A stretch of 40,973 nt of DNA, taken from positions 1 to 40,973 of the forward strand of contig CAJXAF010000004.1 in the NCBI GenBank assembly GCA_913050175.1, read 5' to 3'. A model generated the notes under the pieces. It saw only the letters and a program-made list of their open reading frames with translations. It had not been told where the DNA came from and did not search any database. Both the position numbers and the translations under genes were made by a program. The first letter of the stretch is position 1. Each line of letters opens with the position of its first letter. The DNA is from an uncultured bacterium. GTDB lineage: Bacteria; Omnitrophota; Gorgyraeia; Duberdicusellales; 4484-171. This document shows positions 17,850-27,612 of this stretch, piece by piece.

Positions 17850-19538
17850 CTAAACAGATGCAGCCTCTTGGCTATCCATTATGTCGTCTAAATCTTCATC
17901 TACGGTTGTTATCGGCTTAATATCGAACTTCTCTACTAAAATTTTAAGTACAGCCGGCGAAACAAATCCCGGGAGCCTTGGCCCTAAGCGTATACCTTTT
18001 ACCCCTAAAAATAATAGAGCAAGCAGCACACAAACGGCTTTTTGCTCATACCAGGCAATATCAAAGCTAAGGGGCAGCTCATTAATGCTCTTAGCACCAA
18101 ATACCTCTGCTAGTTTTTGTGCTATAACTACAAGTGAATAGGAATCATTACACTGTCCGGCATCAATAACCCTGGGAATCCCGCCAATATCACCTAAGTC
18201 AAGCATATTATACCTATACTTAGCACAACCAGCTGTAAGGATTACTGCATCTTTAGGCAATTTGTTGGCAAGGTCGGTAAAGTAATTTCTTTCATTGCTC
18301 CTACCATCACAACCAGCCATGACTACAAATTTCTTAATCATGCCGCCTTTTACAGCCTCAACAATTTTATCAGCAACACCTAAAGTTGCTTTATGGGCAA
18401 AACCTATTGTAAGTTTTTTACCTTCCCTTTCTTCTAAGTCACCAAGCTCTATAGCTTTTTTAATAACTGCTGAGAAATCTTTAGCTTTATCAGAAGTTCT
18501 ATCAGCTATATGGGCTACGCCCGGCCAAGCTACCAAACCGGTAGTAAATATTCTCTGCTCATATAATTCAGTTGGCTTTTGTATACAATTAGTGGTCATT
18601 ACAATAGCCCCTTTAAACTCTTCAAACTCTTTTCTCTGAGTATGCCAAGCTGTACCAAAATTACCTACTAGATTCTTGTACTTTTTTAAACCAGGATAGG
18701 AATGGGCTGGCAGCATCTCACCATGGGTATAGATATTAATATTTGTACCTTGTGTCTGCTTAAGCAGTTCTTCTAAATCAAGCAGATCATGACCACTTAC
18801 CAATATAGCTGGTCCGGCCTTAACCCCGGTTGTGACTTCGGTTATTTCCGGATCGCCGTAGACTCCTGTATTAGCTTTATCTAAAAGAGCCATAGACTTA
18901 ACAGAAAATTCACCGGCTTTCATAATAAGAGCAAGCAATTGCTCGGCACTTAAAGTAGGATTAAGAGTTGCTTCCAGTCCTTCTTGGATAAAGGCAAAAA
19001 TACTATCATCTTTTTCCTTTAAAATATAAGCATGATCAGTATAGGCAGCAATGCCTTTAATACCATAAATTAGCAGTTCCTTTAAAGACCTTAGATCTTC
19101 ATTGGTCTCAGATAAGACGCCAACTTTACTAGCTTTATCTATTAACTCCTGCTCATCGCTAGAGTACCAGGCAGCTGCATCAGGAATTGGCTCATCAAAG
19201 GTTTTATTACTCTTTTCTCTATAGGCAGAAAGGAATATATCTTTTATTTTGTTCCTAACAAGAAAAGCTTTTTTTATGAGCTCACTAATACTATCATTAT
19301 CAAAATTGACATTGGTTACAGTGGTAAATAACCCCTCCATAACAAAGACATCAACTTCTTGGCTCTTCTTACCCAGCTCTCTTGCTTTTACCCCGTAAAA
19401 GGATATTCCTTTTAAAAGATAAATTAGGAGATCCTGAAGATTAGCTACTTGATCATCCTTACCGCAAACCCCTTTGACGGTACAACCTTGACCATTCACC
19501 GTCTCTTCACATTGAAAACAATACATCTTGCTATCCAT
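17850..19538 (-). CDS. hcp: Hybrid-cluster protein (hydroxylamine/NO reductase)
   Basis: CFQCEET...C...CGK, SGHDL, THGEMLP, TTNC, GCDG, GCAKYR, GQCND, WYEQKA. Confidence 0.97.
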   Translation of the reverse strand: MDSKMYCFQCEETVNGQGCTVKGVCGKDDQVANLQDLLIYLLKGISFYGVKARELGKKSQEVDVFVMEGLFTTVTNVNFDNDSISELIKKAFLVRNKIKDIFLSAYREKSNKTFDEPIPDAAAWYSSDEQELIDKASKVGVLSETNEDLRSLKELLIYGIKGIAAYTDHAYILKEKDDSIFAFIQEGLEATLNPTLSAEQLLALIMKAGEFSVKSMALLDKANTGVYGDPEITEVTTGVKAGPAILVSGHDLLDLEELLKQTQGTNINIYTHGEMLPAHSYPGLKKYKNLVGNFGTAWHTQRKEFEEFKGAIVMTTNCIQKPTELYEQRIFTTGLVAWPGVAHIADRTSDKAKDFSAVIKKAIELGDLEEREGKKLTIGFAHKATLGVADKIVEAVKGGMIKKFVVMAGCDGRSNERNYFTDLANKLPKDAVILTAGCAKYRYNMLDLGDIGGIPRVIDAGQCNDSYSLVVIAQKLAEVFGAKSINELPLSFDIAWYEQKAVCVLLALLFLGVKGIRLGPRLPGFVSPAVLKILVEKFDIKPITTVDEDLDDIMDSQEAASV

Positions 19539-19574
19539 TTTTCCTCCTCATTTTTAAAGTGGCAATATAAAGTT

Positions 19575-19606
19575 GAAATGATACTAAAATAGTGTTATTT
19601 TGTCAA
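19575..19606 (-). promoter_or_regulatory. hcp promoter with Rrf2-like operator
   Basis: TTGACA-N17-TATCAT; TGATAC-N7-GTGTTA at the same offset as in the rrf2 promoter. Confidence 0.75.
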
Positions 19607-19660
19607 GAGAAATATTTTTTTACTCAAGCCATCAAGAGAAATATTAATTCTTAAAGACAA

Positions 19661-19703
19661 TAGACAATTTAGGTGAAAGTGGTAGAATTATCTACCAATT
19701 TCA
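19661..19703 (+). promoter_or_regulatory. mrp promoter overlapped by a 13-bp inverted repeat
   Basis: TAGACA-N16-TAGAAT with TGn extension; TGAAAGTGGTAGA-ATTA-TCTACCAATTTCA. Confidence 0.55.
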
Positions 19704-19721
19704 TAAAGATAAGGAGTAAAT

Positions 19722-21041
19722 ATGGATAAAATAAATGAAAAAACTATACTTGATTCCCTGCGTCACATAATTGACCCTGATCTAGATAAAGACATAGTAT
19801 CTTTGGGTTTTGTAAAAAACATTGCTATTGATGGTGAAAATATATCCTTTGATATTGAATTAACCACTCCGGCCTGCCCGATAAAAGATGAATTTCAAAG
19901 CAAAGCCAAAGGAGCAGTATTAAAATTAGCCGGAGTAAAAAATGTTAAGATTAATATGACCTCAGTTAAGAAAAAATCTAGCTTCGATACTCTACAAGAG
20001 AATAGCACCTTAAAAGATGTTAAAACTATTATCGCTATATCTTCCTGCAAAGGAGGTGTTGGTAAATCAACCATAGCAGCTCATATTGCCTTAGAGGTTG
20101 CTAACCGCGGCTTTAAAGTCGGGCTCCTGGATACTGATATATTCGGGCCTTCAATTCCTACTTTATTTGATATCGGTAATGATGAGAAAGTTTATGCAAA
20201 TGAGGACAAACAAATAATTCCTATAGAAAAATACTCACTTAAAATTATGTCTTTTGGCTTAGTCTTAGGAGACGGACCGGCAGTCTTAAGAGGGCCTTTA
20301 GTTAACCAGTATCTAATGCAGATTTTACACAATACTGCTTGGGGAGAATTAGACTACCTCTTTATAGATATGCCGCCGGGAACCGGAGATATACAGTTGA
20401 CCCTCACCCAGTCGGTCCAGCTAGATGGTGCTGTAGTTATAACCACAAGACAGTCTCTGTCTTTAGTAGATGTCTCTCGGGGAATTTTAATGTTTGAAAA
20501 TGTAAAAGTGCCTATGCTGGGAATTGTGGAAAATATGTCTTACTTTGCTTGTGAGCAGTGCGGAACTAAAAATAACATCTTTGGTGAAAGTAAAACACGA
20601 TCTTTAGGAGAAAGGTTTGGACTGGATGCCTTAGCCGAAATACCAATCCAAAAAGAGTTCAATGCAAAAATTAGTGAATACAAGAAAAACCAATATTTTT
20701 CCCAAGCAGCAGATAAAGTAATAATGGCAGTAGGCAAGCTCAGTCTGCTTGAGGATAAACTTCCTCAGGTCAATTTTGATAAGAATAGTGTTAACCTTAA
20801 GTGGTCTGACGGTAGAAAAACAGCTATCGACAACAGAACCCTGAGACTAGCTTGTGAATGCGCTCGCTGTGTGGATGAACTTTCCGGAGAGAAAACCTTA
20901 AAAGAATCGGAAGTAAACTCTGATGTGGCTGCTACTGAAGTAACACCCTTAGGAAATTATGCTATCGGCATAAAATGGAATGACGGCCATTTATCAAGCA
21001 TATATTCTTACGATAAATTAAAGAAATTAGTAAATGTATAG
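19722..21041 (+). CDS. mrp: Mrp/ApbC Fe-S carrier ATPase with N-terminal DUF59 and C-terminal DUF971 (HCF101-like)
   Basis: DPDL, LTTPACP, SCKGGVGKS, DMPPGTGD, ENMS..CEQC, LRLACECARC, GNYAIGIKWNDGH..IY. Confidence 0.92.
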   Translation: MDKINEKTILDSLRHIIDPDLDKDIVSLGFVKNIAIDGENISFDIELTTPACPIKDEFQSKAKGAVLKLAGVKNVKINMTSVKKKSSFDTLQENSTLKDVKTIIAISSCKGGVGKSTIAAHIALEVANRGFKVGLLDTDIFGPSIPTLFDIGNDEKVYANEDKQIIPIEKYSLKIMSFGLVLGDGPAVLRGPLVNQYLMQILHNTAWGELDYLFIDMPPGTGDIQLTLTQSVQLDGAVVITTRQSLSLVDVSRGILMFENVKVPMLGIVENMSYFACEQCGTKNNIFGESKTRSLGERFGLDALAEIPIQKEFNAKISEYKKNQYFSQAADKVIMAVGKLSLLEDKLPQVNFDKNSVNLKWSDGRKTAIDNRTLRLACECARCVDELSGEKTLKESEVNSDVAATEVTPLGNYAIGIKWNDGHLSSIYSYDKLKKLVNV

Positions 21042-21056
21042 GGTCTAAACTTATCA

Positions 21057-21539
21057 TTAAAAAAAGAGTTTAGCGTAGTGCATTTTAATTTCTAAGATTT
21101 TTTTGTCGCCAGATACACTAAAACTAGCCTTGCCGTATTCCGGCGGCCCCATTCTTAAGTTATTGTTAGACACCCCCACCCCTTCTCTAGGCTTAGGAAA
21201 GGGGAATTTACGAAAATCTAACTTTTCATTATCATTTTTATCGTGAAAAACAAATAAGGCATAAGAATCACCATAGGATACATCAATAAAACTTACTGAT
21301 AAACCATCCTCTTCCACCTCACTGGCTTTACTCATATATACTTTATCTTTTTTAAGCCAATTATCCTTACCATTATAAAGAGCAAATATAAGGTTACCGC
21401 CTTGGCTGTATTTGATGCCTGTAACTCTTACCTGGAGTAATCCAGTCTTAACTTCATCAGCCGGCAAAAACAGTGAAAAAAACGAGAGGCCAATGATTAA
21501 AGTCAAATAAAAAATACTCTTAGTGCTTTTGCAACCCAC
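21057..21539 (-). CDS. DUF2141-like exported protein
   Basis: YAL.VFHDKNDN.KLD, P.EGVGVSNN, GPP.Y..A.F. Confidence 0.75.
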   Translation of the reverse strand: MGCKSTKSIFYLTLIIGLSFFSLFLPADEVKTGLLQVRVTGIKYSQGGNLIFALYNGKDNWLKKDKVYMSKASEVEEDGLSVSFIDVSYGDSYALFVFHDKNDNEKLDFRKFPFPKPREGVGVSNNNLRMGPPEYGKASFSVSGDKKILEIKMHYAKLFF

Positions 21540-21546
21540 AATAGTC

Positions 21547-21888
21547 TTAAGCCTCTGTCTTATTCTTTAAAAAGATAATTTTTAGTGTCGTGTAATCTCC
21601 CGACTGCCAGGGCCATAACATTGCAATCTTAATAACACCATTATCTTCTTTCTTAAATAAGGTCTGGCTATCATAAACGCCGCCGTAATTATTTGTTAAG
21701 TCCAAATCTTCTTGAGTAGTTTTTACACCTTTGGGCTTTTTTGCCGGGCCAAAGATATCAACAAAGATCTTACTCCATTCATCTAGATCTTTATTGTAAA
21801 AAACTAACTCAGCATAATCATCAGTAATAACCCTTTTTTCATAAAGGTCAAAGATGGTAAAGCGTTCAATTATTTCTTTCAAAGTCAT
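21547..21888 (-). CDS. Hypothetical protein
   Basis: 113-aa ORF with AAGGGAGG RBS; LWPW motif. Confidence 0.7.
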   Translation of the reverse strand: MTLKEIIERFTIFDLYEKRVITDDYAELVFYNKDLDEWSKIFVDIFGPAKKPKGVKTTQEDLDLTNNYGGVYDSQTLFKKEDNGVIKIAMLWPWQSGDYTTLKIIFLKNKTEA

Positions 21889-21900
21889 ACCTCCCTTCTC

Positions 21901-22983
21901 TTAGCTTGTAGTTCTCCTATTAAATATGTGTTTGTTTGCTAAACAGATTTTAACTAGCAAAAGCATTATTGGAACTTCAATCAAAACACCGACAACTGTT
22001 GCCAATGATGCTCCTGAAGAAAGACCAAAAAGCATAGCTGAAGTAGCGATTGCAACTTCAAAATGATTACTCGCCCCGATTAAAGCTGAAGGAGCAGCAT
22101 CCCTATATGATAACTTCAACCACTTAGCTCCGAGGAAAGCTATGGCAAAAATAAGACAAGTCTGGATGAGAAGCGGTATAGCAATCAATAATATAACTTG
22201 AGGCTGACTAACTATAAGTTCTCCTTTAAGTGAAAATAAAAGAATAAGAGTAAGCAGTAGTGCCCCCATAGAAATCGGTGTTAAATAATGGAGAAATTTA
22301 TCCTCAAACCACTCTTTACCTTTTTTTGCTATGATATATTTTCTTGAGTGATAACCTAAGAAAAGCGGCAGGCCAACATAGATAATTACTGATAAAACAA
22401 TAGTATGCCAGGGAATAGGCATTTTATTTATCCCCAGGAGCCAACCTCCTAAAGGAGCATAAAGAAATAGCATCGTAAGAGAGTTTATAGCTACCATAAC
22501 TAAAGTGTGGCCATCGTTTCCTTTGGCTAAGTGTCCCCAGACTAAAACCATTGCTGTACAGGGGGCAACACCTAAAAGAATACACCCGGCGATATAAGAC
22601 CGATACAATTGAACTTGACTTCCCTTTATGATCTCAAACCCCGGTAAAAAGTCTTTGAAGACAACTCCCAGAAAAAAAGTCGCTATAACTAACATAGTAA
22701 AAGGCTTAATGCACCAATTTATAAATAAAGTCAGGACTACCGGTTTAGGGGTCTTACCAGCTTTTATTACTTCGGAAAAGTCAATTTTTACCATAATCGG
22801 ATACATCATAAAAAAAAGACATATAGCAATAGGAATTGATACTTGGTGGATAGAAATTTTATCCAAGTAGAGAGCGGCCCCGGGAAATAGTTTGCCTAAA
22901 AGCACACCAAGGCCAATACAGCCAATAACCCATAGGGTTAAATATTTCTCGAAAAAATTTAAATTTAATTCTTTTTGGCTCAT
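21901..22983 (-). CDS. acr3: Acr3 family arsenite efflux transporter
   Basis: [38 protein letters not shown]. Confidence 0.95.
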   Translation of the reverse strand: MSQKELNLNFFEKYLTLWVIGCIGLGVLLGKLFPGAALYLDKISIHQVSIPIAICLFFMMYPIMVKIDFSEVIKAGKTPKPVVLTLFINWCIKPFTMLVIATFFLGVVFKDFLPGFEIIKGSQVQLYRSYIAGCILLGVAPCTAMVLVWGHLAKGNDGHTLVMVAINSLTMLFLYAPLGGWLLGINKMPIPWHTIVLSVIIYVGLPLFLGYHSRKYIIAKKGKEWFEDKFLHYLTPISMGALLLTLILLFSLKGELIVSQPQVILLIAIPLLIQTCLIFAIAFLGAKWLKLSYRDAAPSALIGASNHFEVAIATSAMLFGLSSGASLATVVGVLIEVPIMLLLVKICLANKHIFNRRTTS

Positions 22984-23074
22984 TTTTAATTATTAGGTTA
23001 TCTATTTAGTTTAAAGCAAAGAAAAATATCTTGCAAGACATTTAAACATAATAGAAATAAAATTATTATTTTAG

Positions 23075-23668
23075 CTAAATTAACTTAACTAGATCTTTAT
23101 AACGAAAGCAGTTAGTTATGTGATCATTGACCATACCGGTAGCCTGCATATGAGCATATATTATAGTAGGACCCATAAATTTAAAGCCACGCTCTTTAAG
23201 AGCTTTGCTTATTTCTTCGGCCTTTTGGGTCTTAGCAGGTATATCAGAAACCTTCTGCCGGCGGTTGCAAATAGGTTTCCCGCCAACAAATCCCCATATA
23301 TACTTAGAAAAGGTACCAAATTCAGACTTAACCTCCAAAAAGTGCTTAGCATTACTTATCGTAGCCTCGATTTTTAAACGATTGCGTATTATTCCTGGAT
23401 TATTCATTAGTCGTTTTAGGTCAGATGCTTTTAATTTGGCAACTTTTTTCGGATCAAAATTAAAAAAAGCTTTCTTATAATTTTTTCGTTTCCGTAAAAC
23501 CGTAAGCCAGCTTAAGCCAGCCTGGGCCGACTCTAGAACTAGAAACTCAAATATTTTTCTGTCTCGATAGACCGGTACTCCCCACTCCCGGTCATGGTAT
23601 TTTTGATAGAGTAGGTTTCCTTCTGGCACCCATAGGCAGCGCTTAATTAATTTATCTGTTTTTTTCAT
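23075..23668 (-). CDS. tag: DNA-3-methyladenine glycosylase I
   Basis: [37 protein letters not shown]...C. Confidence 0.95.
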   Translation of the reverse strand: MKKTDKLIKRCLWVPEGNLLYQKYHDREWGVPVYRDRKIFEFLVLESAQAGLSWLTVLRKRKNYKKAFFNFDPKKVAKLKASDLKRLMNNPGIIRNRLKIEATISNAKHFLEVKSEFGTFSKYIWGFVGGKPICNRRQKVSDIPAKTQKAEEISKALKERGFKFMGPTIIYAHMQATGMVNDHITNCFRYKDLVKLI

Positions 23669-24069
23669 TCGCTAGAAGGTTTTTTTCTTAGCTTCTTCTT
23701 CTCAGACTGAATCTTTTTATCCTTTAAGATCTTTTCTTTAGCTCGCTGGGAACGTTTGCGTTTCTGACGACGAATCTTAGAAATTCTTTGCCTCTCTGCC
23801 TTTATAAAACCTTTCTGCCTGAGTTCAATCTTATCTAAGAGAAGCCGGCGGGCAAAGAAACGGTTTAAACTTTGTGAGCGCTCTTTCTGACACTTAACCT
23901 CAATACCACTCGGTCTATGCTTTAGGTAAACACAGACAGAAGTTTTATTGATTTTCTGACCCCCGGAACCTGAGGCCCGGATGAATTTCTCATCAATTTC
24001 AGTTTCACTAACTCCCAGCCTTTTCATACGTAGCTTTAGTTCTTTTTGCTTTACAGTTGATATAGCCAT
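23665..24069 (-). CDS. arfB: ArfB/YaeJ-like ribosome-rescue peptidyl-tRNA hydrolase
   Basis: [16 protein letters not shown], basic C-terminal tail. Confidence 0.85.
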   Translation of the reverse strand: MAISTVKQKELKLRMKRLGVSETEIDEKFIRASGSGGQKINKTSVCVYLKHRPSGIEVKCQKERSQSLNRFFARRLLLDKIELRQKGFIKAERQRISKIRRQKRKRSQRAKEKILKDKKIQSEKKKLRKKPSSE

Positions 24070-24072
24070 TAA

Positions 24073-24792
24073 CTACTCTTTGTTTTCTTGCCTTTGTTTT
24101 GCTGAGCCAACACCTAAATAAACACTCCTTGGGGCAACTACTGTATTTTTTGCTAGGACTGCCCCGGCAGCTATTATGGCCCGCTCACCAATTTCTGCAC
24201 CGGGGAGAATAACTGAATTTAATCCAATTATAGCTTTTTTGCCAATCTTTACTTTTTTTAAAATTAACCTTCCCCGTTCAAAAGAGTGGCCAATTACTGT
24301 CGCATGTCCGCCAATAACTGCCTTATCGCCGATCTCAAGCAAAGAAAGATCTGCACAATACTTAGAGTTAATTTGAACATTCTTACCAAGCTTAGCCCCC
24401 ATAAGCCGATAGAAAATATTTACAAAGGGGGTAAGTAAAATAAAATCCATAAATGTATTTGATACTATCAAAACCAGTGAATTAGTTAAAGCCCACTTTA
24501 TTGCTCCCCAGGAAAACATAGTGTATTCACCCTCTTTTAAGGATAATCTAAAGATAAAACGCACAATCCCTAAGATAAATATTAAACAAATCCCATAGAT
24601 AAAATAAGCTGCAGTAAGGCAAAAACATAAGAGCAAGACTCTTAAAGACATTGTCTGGCCTAAACTGCTTGCCCAGACATGAAAACAAAGCAACAATCCC
24701 GGATAAATTGCCAGGCCAATTATAATAATACCTATAGCATAGAGAAAAAGCGTAAATAGCATCTGGATAATGGAATCAAGCAGCCATTTCAT
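24073..24792 (-). CDS. Membrane-anchored left-handed beta-helix (hexapeptide) acyltransferase-like protein
   Basis: N-terminal TM helices; YRLMGAKLG; hexapeptide repeats (VKIGKKAIIG, GAEIGERAIIAAG). Confidence 0.8.
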   Translation of the reverse strand: MKWLLDSIIQMLFTLFLYAIGIIIIGLAIYPGLLLCFHVWASSLGQTMSLRVLLLCFCLTAAYFIYGICLIFILGIVRFIFRLSLKEGEYTMFSWGAIKWALTNSLVLIVSNTFMDFILLTPFVNIFYRLMGAKLGKNVQINSKYCADLSLLEIGDKAVIGGHATVIGHSFERGRLILKKVKIGKKAIIGLNSVILPGAEIGERAIIAAGAVLAKNTVVAPRSVYLGVGSAKQRQENKE

Positions 24793-25543
24793 TTCCTACC
24801 TCCTTACTCAGGGTTTTTCTAAACCAGTCGAGAATAAGAACCTTCATCTTCTGAGGATTTTCTTGGAGAAGCCTCTCAGCATGTAAACCACCTTCTATAA
24901 TTTCAATGGCCTTAATACCTGAAGCTGCTTCATAAAGATTCTGGGAGTGATAATCCTTGATAATCCAATCACGACTTCCGTGAATAAAAAAAAGTGGGAG
25001 ATTTTTGATCTTTTTTACCTCTTTAATTGGCTTGAGCTTACCGGTAAAAAAGTGACTCACCCTGGCTCCTTTACCCTCCCAGTCACATTCAAAATTATCT
25101 TTTAAGTCTGATAGCATCTCTGGCTCCCAAAAGTGGTAATTAATCTCCCAAAAACTCATAGGAGAACTGATTAAAATCATAGACTTAATATCATCTCTTT
25201 TGGCAGCAATATTAATTGATACTGCTGCTCCTAAAGAATAAGCTAAGATTCCAATTGATTCATAATTAAAACCCTTAGCAAAGTCAAGAATAGCTTCTAA
25301 ATCACAGTGCTCTTTACCTAGCCAGGTAAATAAGCCTTTACTTTCACCATGGCCGCGAAAGTCAAAAATAAGAGTATCGTAGTCGCTAGATAGAACCTCT
25401 ACAGTATTCTTCATCCAGCGATTCTTTTTGCTATTAAAAAACCCCGGACAGACTACTATTAATGAAGAAAATCCTTTTTTATTGTGTTCATAGGATAGTT
25501 CTACCTTGTCTTTAGTCAGTAGTGTTGCTTTGTTATTTCCCAT
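24776..25543 (-). CDS. Alpha/beta hydrolase
   Basis: FDFRGHGES, AYSLG nucleophile elbow, IHGSRD, GGLH. Confidence 0.88.
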   Translation of the reverse strand: MGNNKATLLTKDKVELSYEHNKKGFSSLIVVCPGFFNSKKNRWMKNTVEVLSSDYDTLIFDFRGHGESKGLFTWLGKEHCDLEAILDFAKGFNYESIGILAYSLGAAVSINIAAKRDDIKSMILISSPMSFWEINYHFWEPEMLSDLKDNFECDWEGKGARVSHFFTGKLKPIKEVKKIKNLPLFFIHGSRDWIIKDYHSQNLYEAASGIKAIEIIEGGLHAERLLQENPQKMKVLILDWFRKTLSKEVGNEMAA

Positions 25544-25586
25544 TGCCAGTTGTTTTCCTAGGAAACATGAATAATAATTTTTATCC

Positions 25587-26228
25587 CTACTTAAGTACTC
25601 CTAAAAGACTTAAGAGAAGGGAAATAAAGGTAAGAATTAAGTAATAGATAATATCAATTACTGGACGCAGGATTCCGGTATAAAGCAAAAAGATTATTAT
25701 GAAAAGCCCAAAGCGTTGGAGGCTGGCAAGCTTATATTTAAGTTTGCTGGGAAGAAACTCCATAAGAACATGAGAACCGTCTAAAGGCGGAATTGGAATT
25801 AAGTTAAAGGCTCCGAGAATAATATTTATTCCGGCCGCTCTTTCAAGCACTGAAGCAAAGACTGTATTGCTAGAAAAAGCTTCAAATTGTAGTAAAAATA
25901 TGGCAAGTGTAGCAATAAGTATATTGGCACCACATCCGGCCAAAGAAACAGCAATAATAGCCTTACGGGAGTGGCTTAAGTTTCTGTAATTTACCGGAAC
26001 TGGTTTTGCCCAGCCAAAGCCCACTAAAAAAAGTACGGCCAGACCTACCGGATCAATATGAGGCAGGGGGTTAAAAGATAGTCTGCCTGAATTCTTAGCA
26101 GTATTATCGCCAAACAATGAAGCCACCCAACCATGAGCTACTTCATGGGCAATTATTGAATATAGCAATACCGGGACTAAGATAAAAAATGCTACTGGAT
26201 CCTGGCGTAATAATGATAATAATCCCAT
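25587..26228 (-). CDS. Site-2 protease (M50)
   Basis: HEVAH, GWAKPVP, NLIPIPPLDG. Confidence 0.93.
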   Translation of the reverse strand: MGLLSLLRQDPVAFFILVPVLLYSIIAHEVAHGWVASLFGDNTAKNSGRLSFNPLPHIDPVGLAVLFLVGFGWAKPVPVNYRNLSHSRKAIIAVSLAGCGANILIATLAIFLLQFEAFSSNTVFASVLERAAGINIILGAFNLIPIPPLDGSHVLMEFLPSKLKYKLASLQRFGLFIIIFLLYTGILRPVIDIIYYLILTFISLLLSLLGVLK

Positions 26229-26248
26229 ATACTTACCTCATAAATTAA

Positions 26249-26821
26249 TTATTCAAACACAGCGCCCTGAGTTTCACCATGCTTAGTACGAAAATCATAA
26301 TCTACTTCTAATTGGTTATATTTAGCTATAATGCTTTGACACAAATCATTGGCATTTTTTTCAAGTTGGTTACTGCTTTTTTGAGGCTTTATGCGGAAAA
26401 TCTTGCTTTCAATTTCCCGGGCTGCTTTTACTCCTAGATCCTTATGACCTCTCTCATGTTCAGCCAAAGCCCGCATATACTTATCCCATCTTTGTCTTAG
26501 TTCAGCCGAGCCCCGGTAAGAATTTTTCCACCTGGGCATATAATAATCGATATCTATATCTGTTGTGATGCTCGTTATTTTATAGAAGTTGTTTGCTTTT
26601 TTATATTTAAAATTCCAAGAAACATACCATTCGGTATGAGCATCATAGGTTTGGCCTCCACTCCTGGCACTACTTTTTTTATCCATCTCCTCTCTGAGTT
26701 TCCCGGCCCTATCGCCATAGATATTATAATACTCGTATTTCTCATTAAGCTTAGGACTAGAGAGGCTCTCAATTCCAAACAATAAAAATAAAACTAAAAA
26801 TGTTAGATAACCAAACTTCAA
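26249..26821 (-). CDS. DUF922-like exported Zn-dependent protease
   Basis: Signal peptide; HERGH; YD..TKHG.TQGA. Confidence 0.75.
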   Translation of the reverse strand: MKFGYLTFLVLFLLFGIESLSSPKLNEKYEYYNIYGDRAGKLREEMDKKSSARSGGQTYDAHTEWYVSWNFKYKKANNFYKITSITTDIDIDYYMPRWKNSYRGSAELRQRWDKYMRALAEHERGHKDLGVKAAREIESKIFRIKPQKSSNQLEKNANDLCQSIIAKYNQLEVDYDFRTKHGETQGAVFE

Positions 26822-26914
26822 TTTATAACCAGCACTATGTATTTATTATTCCTGTTTTAAGTTGACCCTATATTAACACAAATAAAAATCTCCTGCAATG
26901 AACTCTTCTCTGCT

Positions 26915-27610
26915 TTATTTTATCGAAGTATGTATGGCGCAGACACCAAAACTCATATAGGAAAAACTGACCTTGGCAAAACCGGTCTTAGATAATATCT
27001 CTGAAAGTTCTTCTGCAGTGAAAAAACGCGGGATTGTGTAAGCAAGGTACTTATAAGCCTCCTTTGAGCCTGAGATTAAAGACCCGATAGGAAAGACAAC
27101 TAGATTTATGTATAAGTGAAATAACCACTTAAATAGTTTAGACCTGGGTTGGGTTGTCTCGAGAATAATAAACCTGCCGCCGGGTTTTATAACTCTTCTA
27201 AATTCCTGAAAATACCTTAAGAGTGCGTCTCCTCCAGCATTGATATTGCGGGTAGCAAAGGATATTGTTAGAAGATCAAAACTGTTATCTAAAAAAGGAA
27301 GACTATTGGCATTAGAAAGACAGAAAGAAATTTCTTTAGCTTCTGGTTTTGATGTAGCCTCTTTAAGCATCGCTAAACAAAAATCTACTGCCACAACCTT
27401 TGTCCCCTCTTTAGCTAACCTTTGTAATGAAACTGCCATATCCCCAGTTCCGCTGCAAAGATCAAGCCAACACTTACCGCCGGCGCAAGCAGCCTGTTTA
27501 GCTGCACGCCTGCGCCAGATTATATCCAGACCAAGGGTTAAAACGTGGTTAACACATTCATAAGTCTTGCTTACTTGAGAAAATATCTTCTCTACTGACT
27601 TTTCCTTCAT
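26915..27610 (-). CDS. menG: UbiE/MenG family quinone C-methyltransferase
   Basis: N.VLTLG.D..WRR, LDLCSGTGD, LPF.DNSFD, RN, KPGG, AY.YL. Confidence 0.85.
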   Translation of the reverse strand: MKEKSVEKIFSQVSKTYECVNHVLTLGLDIIWRRRAAKQAACAGGKCWLDLCSGTGDMAVSLQRLAKEGTKVVAVDFCLAMLKEATSKPEAKEISFCLSNANSLPFLDNSFDLLTISFATRNINAGGDALLRYFQEFRRVIKPGGRFIILETTQPRSKLFKWLFHLYINLVVFPIGSLISGSKEAYKYLAYTIPRFFTAEELSEILSKTGFAKVSFSYMSFGVCAIHTSIK

Positions 27611-27612
27611 AT

